Positions 30,216-45,255 of a DNA stretch of 64,000 nucleotides are shown here, one piece after another. Origin of the DNA: the human T2T-CHM13v2.0 reference genome, Homo sapiens. Made by a program: the position numbers and the translations under genes. The DNA is taken from assembly GCF_009914755.1 (NCBI RefSeq), contig NC_060926.1. One strand, 5' to 3'. The notes beneath the pieces were generated by a model that was given only the letters and a program-made list of their open reading frames with translations, searched no databases and was not told where the DNA came from. Positions within the stretch are counted from its first letter, which is position 1, and each line of letters begins with the position of its first letter.

Positions 30216-31024
30216 AAAAAAATTATGTATTGATATAATAATTATTGTTTTCTACTTAATAGAATACCATGTTTTGCTGGCACTCTATAAATGTTTGAAT
30301 GGTTGGTTATGATGCTTACTCAGGCAAATACAAGATTTGGAATGTAAAGTGAGAAAGGAACCATAGTCATCACTACACTAAATTATTTTATTCCTATATC
30401 CTGGAAATAAGAGATACTAGCAGGATATTATATAAATAGTATATAGATATGGCTGAACCATTCAGTTCTTGTCCTATTCCCATTTTGAAGGAGGCTTCAG
30501 CCCATCACTGCATCCATCCCAAACTAAGTTATATTCTACAGTGCTTTGGGATGAAATATGGAATTTTACTGATGATTTCATGGTGGGTGGGGGGGTTGGA
30601 AAGATGATTTTTATCTGACAGCATCAGGCAGCGTGTGAAAAAAAATGCACAGTAGACATGTATGTTCTTCCCAGAAAGATAGCTTCCCTGTCTCCTTTCA
30701 GCATTGAACCTCCGTTTCTCTCAAATCTCCTTTCTCGTGAGAAATTCATCTCTTTCTTCAAGTTTGCTTGCCTGCCACCCACAAAGCCTGCAATGAAAAG
30801 AACCTACCCGCCTTAGAAAGCAGTTTATAGATTATCTGTTGCTTTTCCAAATATGCCCCCTTGTGGGTCTCACAATTCTCTTATGGACGCCTCATCCCAA
30901 TTAGCTCAGCAAAGTATTCCCTCCACTAAGATTGGGCTCTTCTTGTAAGGAGATTCTGATATTAAGAAAATTGAAATTTCCTCCACGTCATTACCTATTC
31001 AGGATATTAAGTCTGAAAATATTT

Positions 31025-31580
31025 AATTCATTTCAATTTATCTAATATTTATTGAGCACTTACTCTGTAACAAGCACTGGGTAGGTGAAGTGGGAGGACA
31101 GGAAGAGGACCAACGTCTGTGTCCTTCTGTCTGAGGAGAGACAGACACATGACTAAGTAGTAACACCGACAAAGGGTAGATTTCACTAACTACATTAACA
31201 GAACTTTGGGCTGATATGTGGATGCAGAAGACAGAGAAATGAATTTTAACTGGGTGGTACCACAGTAATTCTGATGGAAATTTTATCTCCATCTTTACAA
31301 GATGGATCAAATTTTGATTGGTGAATATTAGAATAAAAGTTTATTAAAATAACTAATAACGAGAGTGCTATTTAAGAAAAGGCAAGGTGTGGGTAAGGAG
31401 TTGTGTCAGAGGAACTGCAGGGGTATTGGCTTGTGGCTGGTAGACTGGAGAAATGAGAGAGGGTAAAATGGGAAAGTAGATCTGGAAAAAACTTGAGATG
31501 AACTCATGGAAGCTTGAGGAAACTGAGTCCTTAAGAGAAGTCATGAAAAGTTTTTGAACAGGGACTGCTTTATAGCAAAT
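31025..31580 (-). mobile_element. L2 LINE fragment
   Basis: atttattgagcacttactctgtaacaagcactgggtagg followed by purine-rich L2 body. Confidence 0.65.
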
Positions 31581-31665
31581 GGTTGGGGAAGAATCTAGGG
31601 TCAAAAATTCAGCTTAATAATATAATAATCACTTTTTGGCTGAATAATTACTGTGTTATTTAAAC

Positions 31666-33476
31666 TTTTTTTGTAGATTTTGGGGGTACAAGTACCATTT
31701 TATTGCTTGGATATATCACGTAGTGGTGAAGTCTGGACTTTTCATGTACCCATTGCCCAAACAGTCAATGTCTTACCTAATGGATACTTTTTCAACCCTC
31801 ACTCCCCTTCTACCCTCCCACCTTTTGGAGTCTCCAGTGTCTATTCATCCACTCTGTATGCCCATGTGTTCCCATTGTTTCTAAGTGAGAATATGCAGTA
31901 CTTGACTTTCTGTTTTTGAGTTATTTCACTTAGGATAATGGCCTTTAGTTCCATCCACTGCTGCAAAAAACATGATTTCATTTTTTTAAATGAGTAGTAT
32001 TTATGTGTGTGTGTGTGTGTTATATGCATGTGATATATATGTATATATAACACATTTTTAATCCAATCATCTGTTTATGGACACTTAGGTTGATTCCATG
32101 ACTTTGCTACTGTGAATAGTGCTGCAATAATCATACAGGTACAGATGTCTTTTTCATATAGTGATTTCTTTTCCTTTGGGTACATACCCAGTAGTTGGAC
32201 TGCTGGGTCACATGGTAGCTCTACTTTTAGTTCTTTGAGAAACCTCCATACTGTTTTCCATAGAGGTTGTACAAATTACATTTCCATCAATGGTGTATAC
32301 GTGTTTCCTTTTCTCCACATCCTCTCCAACATCTGTTGGTTTTGGACTTTTTTAGTAGTAGCCAATGAGATAGTATCTCATTGTGGTTTTATTTGCATTT
32401 CTCTAATGCTTGGTGATGTTAAGCATTTTTTTCATGTTTCTTGATCACTTGTGTGTGTTCTTTTGAAAAATGTCTGTTCATGTCCTTTGTCCACTTTTTA
32501 ATAAGGTTATTTGTCTTTTTTTCTTGTTGAGTTTCTTGTAGATTCCAGATATTAGCCTTTTGTTCGATGCATAGTTGGCAAATATTTTCTCCCATTCTGT
32601 GGGTTGTCTGTTTACCCTGTTGATTATTTCTTTTGCTATGCAGAAGTATTTTAGTTCAAGTCCCATTTGTTAGTTTTAATTTTTGTTGCATTTGCTTTTG
32701 AGGACTTAGTTATAAACTATTTGCCTGGGCCAATGTCCAGAAGAAATTTTTCTAGGTTTTCTTCTAGGATTTTTATAGTTTCAGGTCTCAAGTTTAAATC
32801 TTTAATATACCTTGAGTTAATTTTTGTATATGGTGAGAGACATGGGTCTGGTTTTATTCTTTTGCATATGGCTGTTTAATTTTCCCAGCACCATTTATTG
32901 AATAGGTAATATTCCCCTATTTATAGGGGAATTCCCCTTTCTGCACTTTATGTTTTTGTTGACTTTGTCAAAGATCAGTGGCTTGTCAGTATGTGGCTTT
33001 ATTTCTGGGTTCTCTATTCTGTTCCGTTGATCTATGTATTTATTTATATACCAGTACCATGCTGTTTTGGTTACTGTAGCCTTGTAACATAATTTGAAGT
33101 CAGGAAATGTGATGCCGCCAGCTTTGTTCTTTTTGTTTAGGATTACTTTTGCTATCTGGGCTCTTTTTTGGTTCCATATAAATATAAGGACAGTTTTTTC
33201 TAATTCTGTGAAAAATGTTCTTGGTATTCTGATAGGAATTGCATCGAACCTGTAGATTGCTTTGGGCAGTATGGCCATTTAAACAATATTGATTCTTCCA
33301 ATCCATGAGCATGAGATGTTTTTCCATTTGTTTGTGTCATCAGTGGTTTTTATTATCAGTGTTTTGTAGTTCTCGTTGTAGAGATCTTTCGCCTCCTTGG
33401 TTAAATATGTTTCAAGGTATTTTATTTGTAGTTTTTTTTTATGCTATTATAAATTGGATTGAGTTCCTGGTTTGGC
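31666..33476 (-). mobile_element. 5'-truncated L1PB (PB3/4-like)
   Basis: 3'UTR gggggtacaagt...gtagtggtgaagtctgg; ORF2 peptide [19 protein letters not shown]...KTAWYWY. Confidence 0.92.
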
Positions 33477-33477
33477 A

Positions 33478-33670
33478 TTATGGTGTTACTATACCATACC
33501 TATGATTTTATTTCATCTTCACAATAGCACTGTATTATTTTTTCACATTACTGAAAAGAAAAGTGAGGTGTAGGAAGATAAAGTAATTTGCTCCGGAGCA
33601 CATGGTAAGTGCCTGAGCTATAGTTCAAATTTGGGGCCTTCTAACTCTAATTTCTGTGTTATTAATTTTT
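33478..33670 (-). mobile_element. MIR (probably interrupted by the L1PB; remainder ~31615-31660)
   Basis: tttcatcttcacaatagc, gtgaggtgtagg...aagtaatttgc, ttcaaat...ctaactcta. Confidence 0.6.
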
Positions 33671-33789
33671 CCCTTATTGCAAAGGAATTGCAATTAATGA
33701 GGCAGAAGTAATGTGATTCTTCATTTGGACAACTGAAATCAGAAAGGACAGGGAGAACGATTTTTAAAATAGCGTAAAAGGAAATTCGA

Positions 33790-34650
33790 TGTTTTCACAA
33801 GATTGGCTAGATGGAAAGGGCACGAGAAAGACAGAGGTCTATGGACAGAAGGGACAAGCGGTAGAGCTACATTTCCATGTGTGCCCCAAATCAGGAGGAA
33901 CATCTTGGCTAGAAATATAAACCTGGAATTCATCCTTAGGAGGGGAAGATTTAAATGATTTGAGTGAATAATGTCATAGGATGAAACTACATGAGAAGAA
34001 TGCATGGAGGAAGAGAATTAACAGAAGGAGAAGGAGACAGCACCTCTTAGAGCTAGAAACAAAACCAAGTAAGATAGGCAGAGGCAAGAACACATCTAGG
34101 AAGAAATGAAAATAGAAAATATACAAAATGCTGCAAGGTGGCCAGTTCTTACTAACTGGACAACCACAGGAAAATCATTTCTTGAACCTGCGATTTCTTT
34201 TAAGTTGCTGTTAAAAAATTGTTGTTAAAGGAAAATGTTGTGAGAATGAATGTGCTAACACATGCAAAATGCTTGGCCCAATGCCAGGCATATAGTTTGT
34301 GCTCAGTAAAGTCAGCTATCAGAATGATTGCTATTATTATCATCATCATCATTATCATTGGTAAGCGTTGAAAGAGGCCCTTGGATTTGATGACTCATAG
34401 GTTTTTATTGACATTTATGTAATTAGTTACAATACTTTTGTGGGGCAGGAACAGATAACAAGAGAGTGAGAGATGTCAAAGAAGTAGGGAAAGATAACCT
34501 AAAATATTTTTCAAAAAGCTTGGCAGTACTTGGAAGGGCAGAGGGCAGTAATTCAAGAAGGATTAGTCTGGGGTTGAGTATATTTTTACTCTGAGAGGAC
34601 AGGACAGAGGTGGTAGAAAGGGAGAAGGTGGGAATGACTGGCAGAGGAAT
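33790..34650 (-). mobile_element. Degraded L2 fragments flanking a MIR
   Basis: Purine-rich L2 motifs such as gccctttggatttg-like and tttttcaaaaagcttggcagt. Confidence 0.45.
34140..34360 (+). mobile_element. MIR 3' part with (ATC)n tail
   Basis: gttgtgagaatgaatgtgctaacacatgcaaaatgcttggcccaatgccaggcatatag...gctcagtaaa. Confidence 0.75.
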
Positions 34651-35016
34651 AGTTTTCAAATGGATGTGCAGGAAGTGGTCCAGGAATATGCTTTCAAATG
34701 AACATGCAGGAAGTGGTTCTTTTGAAGGCCTGTCAAATTTAGCAACCTCATAATAAAATTATCTGACAATATGTGTTTTTCATGCACAGGTGGAATGAGT
34801 TACAGAGAGGATTATGGTGGGGCGTAGCCTCATTCAGTGATTCATTTGTACAACTCAATTCCCATCGTGAAAATTATTTGAGAGTAAGTTCCACAACTAA
34901 AGCTGTGACTGCAGTTTTTCCATTCTTTAAATATTAGTGATGCTGAGGCTGGATCTCAAGGAATGCAATTTAGACTCCTGATGGATCTTGCAGGAACATC
35001 ACTGATTTTACTGTTA

Positions 35017-35058
35017 GAGAGAAAGAGTGAGTGAGAGAGAGAGAGAGAGAGAGAGAGA
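35017..35058. repeat. (GA)n microsatellite
   Basis: gagagaaagagtgagtgagagagagagagagagagagagaga. Confidence 0.93.
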
Positions 35059-35706
35059 AGAAACATCTCATTTTTCCTTTTGTGCCAAAGGACATAAGAA
35101 TGAGTAAATCTTCACAGGGTATGAGATTGCAATAAAGATGTGTGCAAATTTAGATGGAAATTAGGCATGTTCCCAGGGCTCCTGGAAAATTGCCAGCATA
35201 GTGCTCAAGACATTGCCTTTATAGACTATGTATATATTTATTTCTTTGTAAATCCAGTCTATAGAGTTTTCTGTTTATTATTGTTCCCAAGGACATTCTT
35301 TCTCCAAGCATTTCTCTCAGCAGAAACTAACTCAAAGCCAGTTTTTCAACCCTATCAAATGTAACCAGCATTTTCTGTGAAATTCTCTCTCATTGATATT
35401 ACTGTTCTGCTCCTTACAATTTCTGTTGTGAAACAATCATAGTGAAAACTTATCAAAGATGCATAGGGGTGTGTGTGTGTATGAAGGACAGTCCCAAACA
35501 TAGGGAATTAACAGTATTAATTATTATTTCTCATGCCCTTTAAACACACTTTGAATATATATTTGAAATATTTTCTGTTTTGTAATACAGTTTAATTCCT
35601 AAAAGTCCTCCACAGCTTGTTTTTGTAAATCATAATATGATAGTGTAAGTTGAAAAGTAGGATATCAATTGCTGAAAAAAATTAAAGCTATTAATTTGAA
35701 ATAGCT

Positions 35707-35773
35707 GATTGGTGCAAAGTAATGTGGTTTTTACTATTATAGCAAAAACCGCATTACTTTTGCACCAACCTAA
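35707..35773. mobile_element. MADE1 (Hsmar1 MITE)
   Basis: ttggtgcaaagtaatgtggttttt...aaaaaccgcattacttttgcaccaacctaa: Hsmar1 TIR palindrome. Confidence 0.92.
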
Positions 35774-36294
35774 TACTTAATCATGTCGATTTTTCTTATG
35801 TTTTCATTTTACTAATTTCAAAAAGCATGTGCTAAGGTAAAGAATATGAAACCATTCTGAGTTAAAGAAGTCTAACATGAATTATAGTTTCCGTGAAAGA
35901 CACACATATGCTTAAATCAGTGGCTTATGTGCTTTTCTATCTTTATGCATAATTTGAAGTTTCTTTAAAGTAATGCAGTTCTGAATATAAAGATTTATTA
36001 TCCAGAAAAGAAATCATTCAAAGACTCAATAGTTGTAAAATGAGAAAATATATATTGTTGGACGTATATTTAAACTCTCATAACTTTACTAAATAAATGA
36101 AGTGAAATACAGGACCCACTTAATCGATGATTTTTTTTCTTCTTTGCACTTCGATAATACTCAGAATGAAATCTGAGTGGAAATGGTACAGTTATTTACT
36201 AATTTTTATTTCGTGTTGATTTTGTTAATATTTATACTACTATTAATCTTATAGCTTTTCATAAAATAAAACAGATGTCCTTCACAAGCATTTT

Positions 36295-36640
36295 ATTTTT
36301 ATTTTTAGAATTAATCTATTAATTTTATTAATTGACACACTTTAATTGTACCTATTTATGGGGTACAGTCTGATGTTTTGATACATACATGTTGCTTAAT
36401 GACCAATCAGAGTATTTAGTGTATCCATCACCCCATGCATTTACCATTTCTTGGTGGTGAGAACATTCAAAAGCCTCTCTTCTAGCAATTTTTAAATACA
36501 CAATACCTTTATGTTAACCAATGTCACCTTACTGTGCAATAGAACACCAGAACTTATTCCTCCTATCTAACTTTGTACCTGTTGACCAACCTCTCCCCAT
36601 CCTCCTCACCTCAACCTCTGGTAACATCTGTTCTGCTCCG
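36295..36640 (-). mobile_element. L1MA 3' end fragment
   Basis: aattgtacctatttatggggtacag...gtggtgagaacattcaaaa...ctgtgcaatagaacaccagaacttattcctcctatctaact. Confidence 0.88.
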
Positions 36641-37689
36641 CGCAAATGTTTTATATTGCTGTTTTCTGAGCTTGCAGCACACTTTTGAGAATAAAGAAAG
36701 AATCGTGGTTGAAGATTTGGAGAAAGGCCTATTTTTGATCCAGGGGATCTATTTTGGGATGGAAGTCAGACTGTTGGTTCTTCATCTGGCTCCCATGACC
36801 AGCCAAGGGCCTCAGGCAAGGCTGGGAAACCATCTCGAGGTGGGCAGAGGAATGTCTGATCCTATCCTCAATTTCAAAGGATTGCCCTCGGAACTCAGCA
36901 AGACTTGACAAAAGTAATACATACATTTCTTTTTTACTCAAATAACATTTTCTTGTGTTTTTCTAATTATGCTTTTGAAATAGTGCCATTACTTCAATTT
37001 TCTAGATATTTTTAAATGAAGATTAGGCCCACCTACACTGAAGAAAACAAACCACTTCCAGCTTCTGAGATATTAGAGCTACCTTCTTCTCTCAAGAACA
37101 AGGTTTGAGGCTTTTTAGATCCAAACTGTAATGAGCTGGATTTCTATTTCACTATTTTTTGGTACGAATTTAACCAAGCAATTTGTTAGCCATTATATGC
37201 AGTTTAAAGGCAGAGAATTCAGTAAGAGTTGTAATAATAGATATTTTAAATGGATGCCTTAGAACCTGTTCATGGTTCCCATTGTAGCACATGGAGGTAC
37301 GTTGAGATGACTCCTGGTGTTAAAGTTATGTTGTTAAGAGATTTAGAAGGTGGCTGGCGACAAAATTTGGCTTAATAAAAAACCTAAAACTGAAGAAAAT
37401 AGGGGTTATTGAAAAAGCAAACAGAAGCAAAGACTTAGATTAGCATTTTGGCAGTTGGGTTGGTGCATCTCTGCTGGCATGACTTCCTTTCTTCTGTTCC
37501 TCAGGGGTACTCTTTCTCTTCCTTGAAAACTCAAGTCAACAACGTTCTTCCTGAGGGTGGCTTTCCTTTCCCATGTCTTTTACTCTCTGATTTTTATTTC
37601 CATTTGTGATACATAGGTGTATATAATTTAAAGCATCAAATAGTTCAAATTTGCTAAGGATGTTTTGGCCCACTTCTCTAATTTCTTCT

Positions 37690-39650
<1,961 letters not shown>

Positions 39651-39881
39651 GAAGCAGAAAGCCTACAAAAAGTAAAAGAAAAAAGCAGTTTGTCATTTTA
39701 CTCAAATCACCTCTTTTTCTCTGTTGTCCCTTAATAGCATTATAATTCTCCCAATCATCCAGGCTAAAAACCTTGAATCACTCTTAAAATATGTATTAAT
39801 CTTTTATTCATAAATCCAAATTAATAGCCACATCTTATCTTCCTACTATACTGCAAGATATTTGTTCATGGGACCCAAGAG

Positions 39882-40449
<568 letters not shown>

Positions 40450-42187
40450 TAGAAATTTATCTTCCATTTTGATGTGCCACAAATTGTTTTTCCTCCTCAG
40501 TACTTGCACTTAACAATACTTTTTAAAAAAAAATTTGGAATTTACAGTCTGTCTCCCTTCATGAATTACTCAGCCTTTGCTTCTATATATCCTAATCACT
40601 GATGGATATTTCTCTGAGTTTCCAGGGTCTTTATGAACTACTCATCTTTCCATTCACTTTGAAAATGTTTTTCTTTGGGCTGCATTTATCTCCTAGAACT
40701 TTTCTTTTATTAGTGACCTACATAATGGAGTTTTTTACATGGTCAATACTTATTCATTTTACTCTTCCTTAACAACTCTGAAAACCTTCCTGATGAATGG
40801 ATGTGTAGGAAGTGGTGTCTAGTATGCATATAAATTTTAGCTGTTCCATTCATCAGCAGTGTAAAGTAACAGTAATTAGAGTGAAATTGCAGGCTATGGG
40901 AAAGTGTTAGGTGTGGCCCGTCATTAATGAAGGCAGTATGATGTAGTGTCAAGTGTGAGGGAAGCTGTGTAGAGAGAATGTTTTGTGTCTGGGAAAGATT
41001 GAAGAACTGGTTACCATGCTCTATTTCTATTGTAAATAGGCCATATTGAAAGAAGATAGCATAATGTAAAAGCATTTAAGAGCAGACTGCTCAAGAATGA
41101 ATTGAGGCTGAGGGATTGCTTCCACAATAGCACAAGTAAAAAGGCCCTTTTCATTTGAGTAAATGGGAGTTTGAAATATGTTAAGACAAATCTTCCTTTT
41201 TAATGGCAAGTTGGACACTATAATATTATTTGTTTCTTGGTGTTTTACAGCATTATGGGAGTTGGTGGTTTTAAAAGCCTCTCTCCAAAGATAGCTAAGA
41301 TGATCTGGATTTGACTGTGGTCAGGGAAAGTTTTCTGAGGTTATGTTACTATTTAAAAATATCCTTTCAGCTTTATTTAAAAAAACTTCCACTTGCTTTG
41401 TAAATAAGTTTTTGGAATTATATCTTAAGTGCTTTAAAATTCATTTGCTAATTGACGCTGTCTATGGAAACATAGGACTTTAGCTCTTTTTTACTTACGG
41501 TTAAAATGTGAAGAGCTTATGCTCAATAGTACAGATAATTTGGTTCCTCTTACCTGTGATTTAAAAACATTTTGCTTTTCCAGAGACAAAGCAACCATCA
41601 CATATTTGAAAGCTCTTCATTTTGTGTTGTCATTTCTTGTTTGCCTAAGCATACATTTTCTAGCTCTAGCAATTTTCCTATGCATCAAATGTGCTTTACT
41701 CTAAAAATCATATTGACATAAAATGACAGAGGCTATCACTTCATAAACCAAAACACATTGGAGTGATTTAGCATAAATAAATACAAGAAATTATGGGGAA
41801 CAATTGTCTGGCAAAAGTGTAACGTGCTCAGTTGTGCCACAGGTCTCTCACCCATATTACTTGGAGATGATTCTGTCCCTCAGTAAGTTCTAGGCTCAAT
41901 GCCATGCACTCATGGGATTTATGGTTTGTGTCTTTCTGTTTAAGAGAGTTCCTCACTAGGAATAGCCGCAGGACTGACAAGAGTGGTAGGAACAGTGACT
42001 TTTTTTATTTTAGGTTCAGGAGGCTTATCATAATACGTTTTTGTTTTATTTTGGTCCATCTTTTCATATATCTCTATGTGTGTATACATATGGACACAAA
42101 TATAGGTAGACATAGGCAGGTAAATGGCTCTATGTAACTACGTATATCTACATATTGAAAATGATATCCATGTCTCTCCATTTTTTA

Positions 42188-44483
42188 CAGGTACACTTTG
42201 TTTACTGCATTAAGTAGTGCATTTTTTTTTTTTAAACAAATTGAAGGTTTGTGCCAATCCTGTACCAAATGGGTCTATTCGTGCCAACAGCACGTGCTCA
42301 CATGTCACATTCTGGTGATTCTTGCAACATTTCAAACTTTTCACTATTCTAATATCTGTTGTGGTGATCCATGATCAGTCAATTATTGTAATTGTTTTGG
42401 GGACCCACAAACCCCACCCATAATTAATAAATTTTGTGTATGTTCTGACTGTTCCACCGACCATTCCCAAATCTCTCTCACTCTTCTTGGGAATACCTAT
42501 TCCCTTAAAAAGAACAATATTGAAATTAGGTCAATCAGTAACCTTACAATGGCTGTTAAGTTCTCAAGTGAAATGAAGAGTCACATATCTTTCACTTTAA
42601 ATCAAAAGCTAGAAATGATTAAGCTCAGCGAGGAAGGCTTGTCAAAAGCCAAGACAGGCCAAAAGCTAAGCTTCTTGCATCAAGCAGTTAGTCAAATTGT
42701 GAATACAAAGGAAAAGTTCTGGAAGGAAATTAAAAGTGCTACTCCAGTGAAAACACAGATGATCAGAAACGAAAACAGCCTTCTTGGTCATATGGGCAAA
42801 GTTTTAGTGGTCTGCATAAAAGATCAAACCAGCCACAACATTCACTTAAGCCAAAGCCTAATTAAGAGCAAAGCCCTAACTTTCTTTAATTCTATGAAGG
42901 CTGAGAGAGGTGAAGGAGCTGCAGAAAAAGGTTTGAAGCTAGCAGAAGTTGGTTCATGAAGTTGTGGAAAAGAAGCTCTCTCTATAACATAAAAGTGCAA
43001 GATGAAGCAGGAAGTGCTGATGGGGAAGTTGCAGTAAGTTACTCAGAAGATCTAGCTAAGATCATTGATGAAGGTAGCTACACTAAACAACAGATTTTTA
43101 ATGTAGACAGAACACCGTTATATAGGAAGAAGATGTCATCTGGAACTTCCATAGCTAAAGAGGAGAAGTCATTTCTTGAATTAAAACTTCAAAGGACAGG
43201 CTGACTCTCTTATTGGGGCTAATGCAGCTGGTGACTTGAAGTTGAAGCCAGTGCTCATTTACCATTTTGAAAATTCCAGGTACCTTCCTGATTATGGTAT
43301 ATCTACTTAGCCTGTGCTCTGTAAGTGTAACAGCAAAGCCTGGATAACAACATGTCTAATTACAGCATAATTCACTAAATATTTTAAGCCTGTTTTTGAG
43401 ACCTACTGCATAGAAAAAGAAATTTCTTTCAAAATACTCCTACTTGTTGACAATGTGCCTTGTCACCCAAGAATTCTGGAAGAAATGTACAAGGAGATTC
43501 ATGTTGTTTTCGTGCCTGACAACACAACATCCATTTTGCAGCCCATGGATTAAAGAAAAATTTTGACTTTCTAGCCTTATTATTTAAAAAAATACATTTG
43601 TAAGGTTATCACCGTCATAGATAGTGATTCATCTGATGGATCTTGACAAAGTCAATTGAAAACCTTCTGGAAAGGATTCACCATTCTAGATGCCATGAAG
43701 AACATTCATGATTCATGGGAGGAGGTCAAAATATCAATACTAAAAGGAGTTTGGAAGAAGTTAATTCCACGCCTCATAACTTGAAGGTGTTCAAGATTTT
43801 AGTGGATGAAGTAACTGCACATAGAGTGGAAAGAGAACTAGAATTAGAAGGGGAGCCTGAGGATGTGACTGAATTGCTAAAACCTCATGATCATACTTAA
43901 ATGAACGAGGAGCTGCTTCTTATGAAAGAGTAAAGAAAGTGGTCTCTTGAGATGGAATCTATTCCTGGTTAAGATGTTATGAACATTGTTGGAGTGACTG
44001 CATAGGATTTAGAATACTTTATAAACTTAGTTAATAAAGCAGAGTCAAGTTTTGAGAGGATCGACTCCAATTTTGAAAGAAGTTCTACTCTGGGTAAATT
44101 GCTATAAAAACAGCATTGCTACAGAGAAATCTTTTCTAAAAGGAAGAGTCAATCAATATGACAAACTTCATTGTTGTTTTATTTTAAGGGATTTCCCCAG
44201 CCACCCAACCTTCAGCAACCACCACTCTGATCAGTTAGTGGCCATCAACATCAAGACCCTCCATCAGTAAATACATTATTACTTGCTGAAGACTCAGATT
44301 AACATTAGCATTTTTAAGCAATTAAGTGTTTAAATTAAGGTATATGTACTTTTTTTTAGACATAATGCTATTGCACACTTAATAGACTATTTGAAAAACC
44401 AAAAGATTTATGACTTACTTTATTCTGCTATATGCTTTATTATGATGCTCTGGAACCAGGCCCACAATATCTCTGAGGTATGG
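42188..44483 (+). mobile_element. Tigger1 DNA transposon, near full length
   Basis: ta|caggtac left TIR; acaaattgaaggtttgtg; transposase remnants; right end cccacaatatctctgaggtatg. Confidence 0.95.
42549..44300 (+). pseudogene. Tigger1 pogo-like transposase (TIGD1-like), disrupted
   Basis: [69 protein letters not shown], with frameshifts and stops. Confidence 0.92.
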
Positions 44484-44485
44484 TT

Positions 44486-44846
44486 CAGGCATATCTTGTT
44501 TTATTGTGTTTCACTTTATCGCACTTTGGAAATATTGTGTATTATTATTATTATTTACAAATTGAAGGTTTGTGGCAACTCTGTGTCCAGCAAGTCTATT
44601 GGCACCATTTTTCTTATAGCATGTGCTTACTTTGTGTCTCTGTGTCAGCATTTTTAACGTCTTTGACATTAATTTATATACATGGTTTTCTAGATATAAT
44701 GCCATTGCACACTTAATAAACTACGGTATATTGTAAACATTAACTTTTGTATGAGCTGGGAAGCAAAAAAAAAGTGACTTTATTGTAATGCTTGCTTTCT
44801 TGTGATGGTGTGGAACTGAACCCACAATATCTCTGAGGTATGCCTG
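44486..44846 (+). mobile_element. Internally deleted Tigger1 derivative (~360 bp)
   Basis: Starts caggcatatcttgttttattg and ends gaggtatgcctg|ta; the two termini are joined at ...gtgtcagcatttt. Confidence 0.9.
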
Positions 44847-44851
44847 TACAG

Positions 44852-45255
44852 ACATGATGGGATGTTACATCTGAGATTAGGTTACAAAAAGGCTCAGGTT
44901 TTCTACTTGGGTGCCCTCTCTTGCTCACTGGTATTGTTCACCCTGTGAGCAGTCAGCTGCAGTGTCATGAGGCAGCTCTGTGAAGAGGCCCATGAATGAG
45001 GAATTGAAGCCTGCCAAAATCCATGTGAGTGAACTTGGAAGTAGATCTCCCATCCCTAATTGAGACTTCCTGAGTCTGTGGAGGATGACAGATTTATTGC
45101 AATTTTATGAGAGATCTAGAGCAAGAGAAACCTAGCCAAGGCACTCCTGAATACCTGACCCACAGAAATTGTGAGAAAATATATGTTTGTTATTATAATC
45201 TTCTAAATTTTGGGGATAAAGTTGCATTGTCTTAAAGCAATAGATAATTACTGCA
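44852..45255 (+). mobile_element. MLT1F-like MaLR LTR (5' part missing)
   Basis: gagattaggttacaaaaag, gaggcccatg...gaggaattgaagcc, cctgacccacagaaattgtgag, gcaatagataat. Confidence 0.8.

Noticed and set aside
42549-43204. TIGD1 gene call
   Set aside because: Similarity reflects Tigger1 ancestry; multiple stops and frameshifts, and TIRs are present
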